A stretch of DNA of 20,000 bases, taken from Trichinella spiralis (Eukaryota). Positions within the stretch are counted from its first letter, which is position 1. Each line of letters begins with the position of its first letter. The position numbers and the translations under genes were made by a program. Below the pieces are notes generated by a model that did not search any database, was not told where the DNA came from, and saw nothing but the letters and a program-made list of their open reading frames with translations. Location: positions 8,303,057-8,323,056 of the forward strand of contig NW_003526941.1 in the NCBI RefSeq assembly GCF_000181795.1, given 5' to 3'. Shown here in pieces: positions 10,020 through 20,000 of this stretch.

Positions 10020-10510
10020 TCATCAAGTACTTTTTAAAATGTCTTTTTCAAATTCTGTTATTCTGTAGTTGTTATTTTTAAGTACGAGTTGAACAATTCG
10101 TAATAGTTTGTTTTTTTACTTGTTCCTGTGATGCACATATATCTTGCATAATATAATAATTTACTCTGATGATTCCATAATTTTTGTTATTCCACAGTCT
10201 TCAGGTTTTTTTTTAATTTAAATTCAATTCTGTCATTTTTAATGTTCACATTTATTATTTAAATTTGTTCAGTAAACATCTCTTTGCCATTCATTATGTG
10301 TCCATTTAATACGACGAACAATCAATTGAATATATTGTGTTCGAAAATGAAAATCGAAATTCACATTGCATGCTTATTACGATGGTAGGTTTAAAGTGCT
10401 TCTTTCACTGTATAGTTTAAACTTTAAAACAATCGCTTTAAAATATTTCAGTTGTGTTGAGTATTGGACTCATTGAATGTTTGTTAGTTGACGCATTAGT
10501 AGTTTGAAGC

Positions 10511-11586
10511 ATGTCGAAACATGGTAAAGACCCTTCGTTGGTGCATGTGAATGAAGTTATCGATGAGCGATACAAAGTGAAGAAACTTTTGGGCAAAGGT
10601 GGCTTTGGAGCAGTGTACCAAGTGCTGGACCAAAACACCAACAAAATGGGTGCAATGAAAGTATGAAGCAATACGTATATGTATTTCTTATATATAAATT
10701 TTCTTATTTTTTGTTTCAGATCGAAGTTTCTTCTCAAGATTTCAGATCGTTGAAAATGGAAGTGTCGGTTTTGAAAGAATTGGTTGCCAACGAGTCGAGA
10801 AATTGTTGTGATCTCTTCTCGGTTGGCAACAAGCCAAACTATTCTTACATTGTGATGACGTTGGTTGGTCCCAGTTTGCATTCTTTGGCTCAGTCGATTG
10901 GATCGAAGCGACTGTCACTGAGAAGTGCCGTCCACTTGGGCATCAGGTGCCTTCGTGCGTTGGAAGATTTGCATTTTTGCGGCTACGTTCACCGGGACGT
11001 CAAGCCGATGAATTATGCCATCGGTCGTGAGCCCGAATACAGACGAGTCTTCATCTTGGATTTCGGCATGTGCCGGAAATATATGCGCGACGATGGCTCA
11101 CACAAACGACCCCGGTCCGAGTGCGGTTTCCGTGGCACATTGTGGTACGCGAGCCCCATGTCGCTTAGCGGTCAGGAACAATCTCGTCGAGATGATCTCT
11201 GGTCGTGGTATTTTACAATAATTGAACTTTTGACCGGTACCGTGCCCTGGCAGAACGTCCAGATCAAACGCAATGCCAGTTTTGCTGAGAAGAAGCAGGC
11301 TTTTATGGAGAAAAAAATGGAATTTGTCCAAAATCCAACCGAAGCTTTGCGAGGTCTGCCACGAGAGTTCATCTCCATCATGGAATATTTGGTCACGTTG
11401 CAGTATTACGATTGTCCCAATTATGGTTATATCTATCAGTTGATTATGACCACGTTTCGTCGTCATTCCTACAACCTCGAGCAAGCGCTCGACTGGGAAC
11501 CGACCGGACAATTTCACGAAGAAACAATCATGGCTCCGGATCACAATATGCTTCCGGGTGAAGAGGAGAATGATCCGGCTGTTTGA
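10511..11586 (+). CDS. Casein kinase 1 superfamily, tau-tubulin-kinase-like Ser/Thr kinase, 338 aa. Exons 10511-10660, 10720-11586
   Basis: Exon 1 carries LLGKGGFGAVY and AMK, then AAA|GTATGA...TTTCAG|ATC. Exon 2 carries LKMEVSVLKEL, VMTLVGPSL, HRDVKPMN, DFG, FRGTLWYASP and SRRDDLWSW, and lacks APE, as is typical of CK1/TTBK. AATAAA at 11767-11772. Confidence 0.93.
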
Positions 11587-11879
11587 ACTGACGCTTTTTG
11601 CAAAAAACTTCTTACTCACTTGTTCACTTTTATAACAATATAACTATTAGTGATAACTACTTTTTTTTCCTATTTCTCAAAAATTAATCACCTATTCTTG
11701 ATTTCAATTGCATTCGAATAACGCTCATTTAAACTCGATTTTTTTTGCTTTATCAATTATATGTATAATAAATTATTTCAAATTTATTTTATACAAATGA
11801 TCAGTGTTTGTTTGTGTTTCAGTTGCTAGAGGTGCAACGAATTCGAACATACTTTTATTTATCGATGAATGACAGTTGC

Positions 11880-13540
11880 ACAAATTTTGATTAATTCTAG
11901 ATTTTACACATCTGACCGGCAGCTAGAAGTATATATAATTTTCACTTTTACCAATAAATGTGATACCACTTTCTCAAGTGACAACTGTTCCGCAACGGTT
12001 TACTTTCTACTCGGTATGCATGCTCTTTCTTTTCAAACGTTTCACCTTTTTATTTACAATAATGAAATACAAATTACATAAAGTTTTGCCAAATTAAGAG
12101 TACTGTAAGATTTACAATGTGATCGTGTAGTTTTTAATTTTATTAATTCACTTTTTCTACAATATTAAATAATAATTGAAGCTTTGAAATTTTTATCATC
12201 AGTACTGAAAAAAAACTTCAACATATATTACTTTGATCATTTAAAAAAAATAGGCTACTTTACTGTTAACTGTTTAGAATAAGCAAGTATTAATTTTACG
12301 AGATACTGTATTAGTGTAGTGAAGGAAGAAAAAAATTTATTTTATTATTTTTTGTGAAAAATATTTTTCAAGTGCACACGAATCATTTGGCAAATTAAAC
12401 CAGGCTTTTGAGCAATTTACAGTTCTTTTGTTTCAGGAAATAGCTCTGAACATCGTGCTCATTTTTTACAGTATGTTATTTTTCCAAATTGCTTTATCTT
12501 TGACAACCGTTAAAGCGGTCTGCTCATTTTACTGATGCATGTTTATTGTTTGAATTTTTTTATTCGAAAGTGAACCCAAGCATATTTTACAACAATTGTA
12601 ATTCTATTCTTAATATTAAATTGTAAGTTCTTCAGAACAATTTTGTACATTTTCACTAGTAAGCAGTGCGTGATGTAAACATTATCCGGTAGAACAAGAT
12701 AGATAACTGCTTGTTGTTGGGTTTGTGATGCAGATTTCCGCTTGATGAGTTTTCATTTTTGAATATTAACTTTTCCATGTTCACTTGTAATGAAATGTTT
12801 AAATTCATGATGAATAAGTAGTAGTTAGTCGAGTCGAAGATGTTTGACCGGTTTTCGAGCAGTCGCCTACTATATCTATGAGACTGTTTATCTGAAATAC
12901 TATAAGACGTTGTTCCTTTTTTCAAGGAAGTGAATTCCTTTGGCTCATTTTGCACGGACGATTTGAACCTGTTTGCCCAGAGAAAAGCCCGCACTTCCGT
13001 TTTGCGACCCATCCAAGCGTCTTTATGGAAAGGTAAATTTGCTCAAATGCTGACCTTTCTTTTTCTTCAACGTGGATCAACCATTTTATTTGTCAGTTGG
13101 CTTTTCTTTCGTTAATCGTTTTTCCTATGGGTGCAACGAAAATTTTCTTCCATTTTTTTTACTTCAACTGAAGACGTTTAATTAAAAAACCCATCATTTA
13201 TCTTAACATACTTCATACAGTAAGATCGTTGATTGTTTTGTATTCTAGTGATGATGCTCCTTCATTTGTTTCATCATGTTATAAGTTTTCTTGTTTTTTC
13301 TTAACAAGTCATATTACTCATCATTTATCTAGTTTAATTTAATCGATAAAGGAAGACGGTGGTAACAATTGAATTTCCATTTTTGGAAACCAACTGATAA
13401 AGATTTAATTTTTCTTCTTTAATTTAATGCAAAGTTTTCCAGTTTGTCGCTAATTGTAGAAATTCCTGTTATAATAAGTTGATGTTGAAAGCTGAAGGTA
13501 TTCATTAATTATTCAGTGGTTTATATTTTACTTCACAATG
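11880..13540 (-). pseudogene. Possible decayed gene or spliced non-coding transcript
   Basis: Three intron-shaped minus-strand segments (13531-13466, 13211 or 13218-13168, 12263-12205) and a 118-aa ORF (13012-12656). Every frame of the 13.0-13.35 kb segments I translated contains stops. No homology recognised. Confidence 0.25.
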
Positions 13541-14498
13541 ACTTTTTACGATGTTTGAACAAAGTCAGATACTTAGAATGAGCAAGTTCTAATGTATTAT
13601 TTTATTAATCACTTTAATGCGATGTCTCATGGAATTTGTTTGTGTAGAATGAAGTATCAGTTATACATGAACTGTGACATCAAACAGGTAGTATTATTAT
13701 ATGAAGAATTTTTAATAATAATTTTAATATTTCATCTCATTTCAATTTTCCAGTGTCAATGTTTTCTCGACGTTTAAATCTTTCTAATTATGTTGTTTAA
13801 ATTTAAGTGTTTAAGTAATTAATTTTATTGCAGCAAGTTGATGTTTAAATATTGCACTGATTTTCGTCAAACTGTTGGTTCTTTTACACACCAATAGAAT
13901 AAGGATAAGTTGAAATTTATTCACTGAGCAAATGTTATGAGGAAGGAAAAATGTTTGATTTATGATTCGTTAGTTTTACTTTTTTTTATTTTGCATTTCG
14001 CAGAATGGTAATGAATGTTGTTTGTGAACGTTGTAGTATGAAATAGATTTATTTCACTTTCGATTTAGCTTGGAGACAACATTCAGCACGCGCGTGATGC
14101 CGTTAAATTTTTACGTATTTAAACGTTCTTGATTTTATCATGTATGAATGTTGAATTTAAATAAGAAGTTGAGTTTTACTACCTCATTGTAATATTTAGT
14201 CACTAATGTCTGCAGCAGTTGTTCGTGCAGTGCATATTTCTCCTCTCTCAATCTCTGTCGGTACTGTTTGTCAATTTACTGTAAATGATTTGCAGGAACA
14301 TTGTTATACAGTTGCGTTTTTTAGTTGGTTTTTTCCACTACGGTTAACATTTGAAGTGTTTAATACGGACAAGTGTAAAAGTATTCGCCTATTTTTTAGT
14401 AGTATATTTAACATTTTTTCATAACATAAAATTTTTTTATAGTAAAAAATATTTTCAAGGTTTCAGAGTAATAAAGTTAAGTGAAGAATGATGTGTAT

Positions 14499-15074
14499 AT
14501 GGATTTTGTGTTTGTTGTCATTGTAATATTGTGCTATCAACACTTTCGTGTGATTGGTGAATCATCGTCTCAAGTTGTGCAACAAGTGTTTTCTGGAGAA
14601 CTGCAAGCCGGCAAATCTGCCTATTTTAAATTAACCAAAACGGGAGCGGTCGGAATATTGTTGAAATCATTTTCTGGTGACGCAGATTTGTACGTTTCTA
14701 CTGTAACTTCGGAACCTTCGTTTAAAATCGGCGAAAACGAGTTCCAGTCGGTCACCTGCGGAGTAGATTTGGTCCGAGTTCCGGAACAAACGTCAAGACC
14801 GTTGTACGTTGCCGTCTATGCGCATCCTTCGCATTTGGTCAGCCAGTACGCGCTTGTTATTAACGTGTTCGAAGGCAACGGAAGTGACCAGCGCATGCAT
14901 CGCTGGGTAGAGCAGAAAAGTGGCTCTGAGTTGACATCCCTGCAAGAGGTCGAAGCGCTGTTCAACGATGAACGGCAGTATTTGATCAGCTCGAAGTTGA
15001 TTTACATAACCGAGCTCGTTTCCACGTTGATTCTGTTGCTCGTCGACGGTTTGTTTGATGCCATTGTCTTCTGA
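14499..15074 (+). CDS. C6orf120: UPF0669 / C6orf120 homologue, intronless, 191 aa, with a predicted signal peptide and hydrophobic C-terminus
   Basis: Family-like motifs GELQAGKSAYFKL, SFSGDADLYVS, QSVTCGVDLV, RPLYVAVYAHPSHLVS. First ATG at 14499 (the ORF track starts at GTG 14481). TTTCAG acceptor at 14461-14466. Confidence 0.88.
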   Translation: MDFVFVVIVILCYQHFRVIGESSSQVVQQVFSGELQAGKSAYFKLTKTGAVGILLKSFSGDADLYVSTVTSEPSFKIGENEFQSVTCGVDLVRVPEQTSRPLYVAVYAHPSHLVSQYALVINVFEGNGSDQRMHRWVEQKSGSELTSLQEVEALFNDERQYLISSKLIYITELVSTLILLLVDGLFDAIVF

Positions 15075-17088
15075 AACGGCCATATCCTGAGGTTGTTTTT
15101 GTAATCCACTTGTCGTCACTGTTGCACACTTGGGTGGAAATGTAAGTTTTGTTTTTGTTTTTTTTGGTGTTTTTTCAGTTTTTTTCAAAAGGGTAGGGCA
15201 GACTTTTGATCGCGAACAATAATATATATATATATAGTTAATATCGACGAGGCAATCTTTTGTGCTGTTTATTTAGTTCGATCAGCTTGATCATATTTTC
15301 AAATGCAGTGTTGTAATTCACTGAATTTGTTTGCTTAAAGTTTAATGAATTTGTCAGTGCAAAAAATTCCACGAATGAATGACACACGATGTGTTTGTTG
15401 TTCTTGTTCTTGTTGCACAATTGAAGCATTGAATATTATTGACTTTATTTATTAATTGAAATTGCTTTTCTTGGCACAGTTTTTATTATTTCAACAATGC
15501 TGTAGAATTTAGAAAATTGAAATTTTATCTTTATGAAAAATGTTTCATTGGCAGCAGTTTATATGTGCTGACTTTTTGCTAAGCTTCAATTGTTTAATTT
15601 ATTGATTTCATTTTAAAATTGCAAAACTTGTTTTATGAAATTATTTTATCTCAGCAAAGATTTCTTTTCTTTTCTTTCTTTCTATTATTTATTCTGAAAT
15701 GATATTTCTTATGTTGCATTTGTTAAATGGAAATGTATTTTTCTTTTGTAAAAAAAAATGCAAATTTCACTTTCTGATAAGAAGAAATTCAATCAGCGGT
15801 CGTCAATTTTATCATTGCCGAACATGATTGAACATTGTTGGTAATAATGCATGAAAATGTCAAATAACTTATGCATAAATGTGTAATGCTCGAATCAGAA
15901 TGAATAGATGCTCGCATGTTTAATATTCATTTCCAAGAAAAAAAAACCAAGTGCCATTTAATTGTTATAAAAATGGAAATTTATGTAGTGTCTTTTTTTT
16001 GTTCTTCCTGAATTGTGTATGTCGTCTTTTTGGAAAGAGCAGTGCATTGTGTTGTCATACTTTTCCATACTGTGACCGATCTAATTTTTTTTCTCTCACC
16101 AGGGAAGAAGTGGTGAACGTGAAGCAGAAGCAGCACATTTTCCGCCTGATTCGTCATCTTATTTCACAAAAATAGGTTTCCTGACCGGCTTGCTGTTTGT
16201 ATGGTGTTTTTTGTTCTGTTCATATTTCTTTGGGCAATTTTTTCTCCTTTATCCTCGTTCCTTTCTGGTGAAATATGTAAATTCACTTCACTTCATTTCA
16301 TTCCATTTCACTATTTCTGCGGCATGGAACACAGACGAGGTGCAGTGAACTGATTTTTTTATATCATTGTTTTTTCGCTTCAATCCATTCAGTCGAGAGA
16401 GGGTGTGTCTGTGTGGGGGATGGAGGTGGGGAAGGGGAACAAGCATACGGAGGCGAACTAGGTGAACATTGCCAAGTTTTTGTTTCTGTTGCCAAAATCT
16501 TATCTGGGTTAGCCAGCTTTATTAGCGCTTATCAGTTATCACATCATCTCCATCTATTTGATGATTAATCTACGAAACATTTTCCTTCTTAGTTGGTAGG
16601 AGGGGGCGAGTGTTTTATTTGTTTGTACACTGTGATCAGTGTGTTTGACTAATGTAGTTTGTTACTAAGCAGTTGTTGTTGGTGTTTATTTTAATTTTCC
16701 AACCTTCCGGTGTATAACGATGTATATGTTGTTTTATTTTGCAGATGGAGAAATTGTTGTGTATTTTGTTTTTTGCTTTCAAGCAACAATCGTCTACTTG
16801 TCTACTGCTTTGTGCTTTTATTTACTTTTAGTAATTTCTTGCTTAGTTAGTATAGTATATAGATATATGTAGATAGTTTGTAGCTTTTTTTTGTTCATAA
16901 TGCAGAGAAATGCACAAATTGTTCGCTGTTGTTGTGCATTGGTGCGAAATTGTTTTTTCTTTTTCATAATTTGAATACTGATTGTTGATTCATGTGGTTT
17001 TTTTTCTTGATTCAGATTGAAAAGACAAGAATTGAAAAAACGTCTGCTGTTTGGTGACATGTTGTGAAAAGGTTACTTAAATTGGAGA

Positions 17089-19896
17089 ATGGAATTCGCT
17101 GGTGGATTTTCAGCTTCTTCCGCTAAGCAGCGTAGCAACAACAGTTCGGTTGGGGTTCTTGGTCCGGCGGCGTCGACATCCACCAAGGATACTTTGCATT
17201 TGATCGAGGACGAAACTGCGGCCAAGCCGAGCGTGGCGGTCGGAATACTGCCGTCCATTCACCACCACGGCACCACGTCGTTCACGGGTTCGTTGAGGGC
17301 GAAGATGAACGCTTCTTCGTCATTTTTACCAAATTACGCCAAATCGGCCAGCCAGATGTTGCTCAACTCTGACGATACGACAGTCTGGGGTGACGTGGCT
17401 TTGGAGTCGACAAACCACGCATCCTCTGCTGCAGTGCCTTGCGACCACGAGTCGACCATGATCAAGCGTCACTTCTGTGATGAACCGCAGCAGCAACAAC
17501 AACACTATAGAAAATATTTGAACATGTCGCCGACGTCGGCGGCTTATTGGTCTTTGGAAAGTTTGAGAAAGAAAGTTCGTCGGTTTCCTTGGACTAATGT
17601 GAAAACGTTCGTCGGCTTTATATGCTTTCTGATCACCGTTCACGGCGCCCTGTCGACCGGCTACACAATGTCCGTGATTACGACCATTGAAAAGCGTTTT
17701 CAAATTCCAAGCACCACGTCCGGCTTGATTGTCAGCTCGTACGAAATTGGAAGTCTCTTGTCGGTGGTATTTGTCAGCTACTTTGGTTCCAATGGTCACG
17801 TTCCATATTGGATCGGTTTCGGCGGATTGGTTCTGTCGTTGGGCTCGTTTTTGTTCTCGTTGCCCCATTTCGTCGCCACGCCTTATTCGTATTTGGAGAA
17901 CAAATCGATCGAAGCGTTGCTGCTTCTGTCGCCAAATGCTGCCAACAACCTCGGCAAGGACCACTCGTTGCTCGACCAATCCGCTTCGGCTCCACTTTGT
18001 CAATTGTCCAACCAGAGTTCTTCTTCGTTGTACAACACCACTTGTTTGTCCCAAGAGACCGAATCGTCCAACAATCACATTCTGGTCATGATGCTTGCCC
18101 AAATTCTGCTCGGCGTGGGCGGTTCACCGTTGTTCACACTTGGCACTACCTACATTGACAATCACGTCGACAAAGAAAGTTCGTCCATTTATTTGGGTGA
18201 GTTGATGATTTAATTTTTGAAATTTTGTATATATTTCTCTTTTCATACGGTAGGCTTTTAATTTATTTTATTTTGTTTTTTTTAATACAAAAGCATTCAT
18301 GTATGTCATGCTGGCATTTGGTCCAGTTTGTGGATTTTTGCTCGGCGGGTTGCTGTTGTCCGAATATGTGAATCCGAATTCGGCGCCGCCCGATTTGACG
18401 ATCCAGTCGATCGGTTGGATAGGACTTTGGTGGGGCGGCTTTATCATTTGTGGCTTTTTCTATTTGTTGGCGTCGTTGCCGTTTTTCTGCTTTCCTCGAC
18501 GTTTGACCGACGACCAAGACAACAGTCCTCGTTCGGATTACGGCAAAGACATCCGAAAGATTCCAGTATCAATTTTTCGTCTGATCACCAACAAAGTCTA
18601 CATGGTTACGTCGTTCAACGCTTGCTTGGATTTGGCAATTGTGTCCGGTTTTACGGTTTTCTTGCCAAAATTTTTGGAAACCCAGTTTCTGGTCTCCAAA
18701 TCCGATGCCAGCTTGTTCACTGGTAAAGTGAAGCGCAGTTTTGTTTTTTCATCCCATTTTAAGTAAAACTGTTCCACTTTGAGGTAGCGTGGCTGTACCC
18801 GGAGCTTGCATTGGTACACTGTTTGGTGGATGGGTTCTGAAACGGCTGAAAATGGTTATGAGTCATGTTGCAAATTACGTCGTGCTAGTGAACATTGCCG
18901 CGGTTCTGCTGCTTAGTTTGTTGTTTTTTATTGGCTGTGAAAATTTCAAAATTGCTGGTGTTAGTCAAACTTATCCAAGGTAGTGGTAGCAGTTGAAGAT
19001 AGAAAAATTCTGCAAATTGAAATAATCATACTGATGCTTTTTCAGTTCTGCTATATTTGACGACCGGATGTTCATCAGCGCTTGGGATCAGTGCAACATG
19101 AACTGCAGCTGTTCTTTGCAAGGAATTCAGCCAATTTGTGGTATTGACGGGATCACGTATTTGTCACCTTGCTTTGCTGGTTGTAAAGCATCGGCGATTA
19201 CAACCGGAGGCAAACGACCGAGCATTGTCGGTACAGTTGATCGTCTTTACAGGGTAAGTTTTTTTTGCATTATTATCTTTATTCAAAAAAAGATTCATAC
19301 ATTGTGTTTGTTTGTTTGTTTTTAGACTTATAGCAATTGTTCGTGTATATTGTCAAATTTGAATATCACTGTCAACGTTCACAATACTAGCAACGCCGTC
19401 GCTTCTTCCATACAAGCTTGGTATGGATTGTGCCCGTCGAATTGCCGCATGCTTGTTCCATTTCTTGTATTGCTTTTCATCGTCACCCTTACGGCGGCTA
19501 ACAATCAAATGCCATTGGTTATGATCACTTTGAGGTAGTACTATACTTGGAATAGTGGAAAATTAAAATGCTTTACAACCATCGTATTTCACCTTCTTTT
19601 GCAGAGCTGTTTCTGAAGAGGAGAAAGCGTTCGCTTTGGGATTGCAAGTTGTAATGTTGCGCTTGTTGAGTGAGTTTTATTTATTTATTTATTTGTTGTT
19701 AATAAATTCATTTAAATATTATGATTGAAAATGTTTCGTCGAAGGTTATTTACCGGCTCCAATTGTTTACGGAGCTATCATCGACACCGCCTGTCGTTTG
19801 ATGGATGACTCATGTGGCACCACCGGGGCGTCATGTCTCTTCTACGACATTGAAACGTTTCGTTTTCGATTTGCTTTCCTCTGCCTAATGCTCAAG
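17089..19896 (+). CDS. SLCO: Organic anion transporting polypeptide (OATP/SLCO, resembling Oatp30B/SLCO5-type), 3'-partial. Exons 17089-18196, 18294-18722, 18784-18979, 19046-19253, 19326-19534, 19605-19669, 19745-19896; continues beyond the window
   Basis: Motifs ITTIEKRFQIPSTTSGLIVSSYEIG, AQILLGVGGSPLFTLGTTYIDNHV, GPVCGFLLGG, WIGLWWGGF, FLPKFLETQF, Kazal-like CNMNCSC...PICGIDGITYLSPCFAGC, EKAFALGLQ, PAPIVYGAIIDTAC. All junctions are phase-compatible. Confidence 0.95.
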
Positions 19897-19898
19897 GT

Positions 19899-19928
19899 AT
19901 TGTTGTTGTTGTTGTTGTTGTTGTTGTT
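19899..19928. repeat. (TTG)n microsatellite in an OATP intron; a shorter one lies at about 9402-9422 in an STT3 intron
   Basis: attgttgttgttgttgttgttgttgttgtt. Confidence 0.9.
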
Positions 19929-20000
19929 TTGAAAAATTATTATAATAATTGCAAAATCTAAATTTAAAAAAAACATGCAATAGTTAGTTGTAAGGGTATG

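Noticed and set aside
1894..11586. Functional module pairing Argonaute with the nearby CK1-family kinase
   Set aside because: The kinase is TTBK-like rather than CK1-alpha and belongs to a large family. Adjacency in a eukaryote, with STT3A in between, is not evidence of a shared pathway.
10438..11619. Antisense ORFs of 147, 173 and 74 aa over the kinase
   Set aside because: They mirror the sense coding sequence and have no independent gene signals.
14793..15188. 131-aa antisense ORF over C6orf120
   Set aside because: Shadow ORF whose K/T-rich start derives from a T-rich 3' UTR.
17326..18158. 258-aa antisense ORF and alternative-frame ORFs over OATP exon 1
   Set aside because: Shadow ORFs expected over a long, GC-richer coding exon; no recognisable motifs.
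1..20000. Prokaryotic Argonaute defence system, CRISPR array, transposon, tRNA or rRNA
   Set aside because: The genes are spliceosomal-intron-rich eukaryotic genes. I saw no repeat-spacer array, transposase or RT motifs, terminal repeats or structured RNA gene signatures.

Overview
AT-rich eukaryotic genomic DNA with many short (~50-150 nt) GT-AG introns. It looks like a nematode and resembles Trichinella (clade I), but that is inference from composition and gene style. Five intact protein-coding genes lie on the + strand: (1) an 18-exon miRNA-class Argonaute (ALG-1/AGO2-like, ~931 aa, 1894-6249); (2) a 15-exon STT3A-type oligosaccharyltransferase catalytic subunit (705 aa, 6910-10019); (3) a 2-exon CK1/tau-tubulin-kinase-like kinase (338 aa, 10511-11586); (4) an intronless C6orf120/UPF0669 homologue (14499-15074); (5) an OATP/SLCO transporter (from 17089, running off the window). 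Bases 1-660 duplicate 1980-2634 and decay into an N gap, most likely an assembly artefact. I see no convincing new multi-gene system. The most interesting signals are inside the Argonaute: an intact DEDH tetrad with a ~14-aa charged insertion directly before the glutamate finger, an obligatory GC-AG intron, a remodelled N-domain junction with three in-frame acceptors, and a perfect palindrome abutting a 3' splice site. There is also a nested ACGT-core inverted repeat upstream of STT3A and an unexplained, apparently spliced minus-strand region at about 11.9-13.5 kb.
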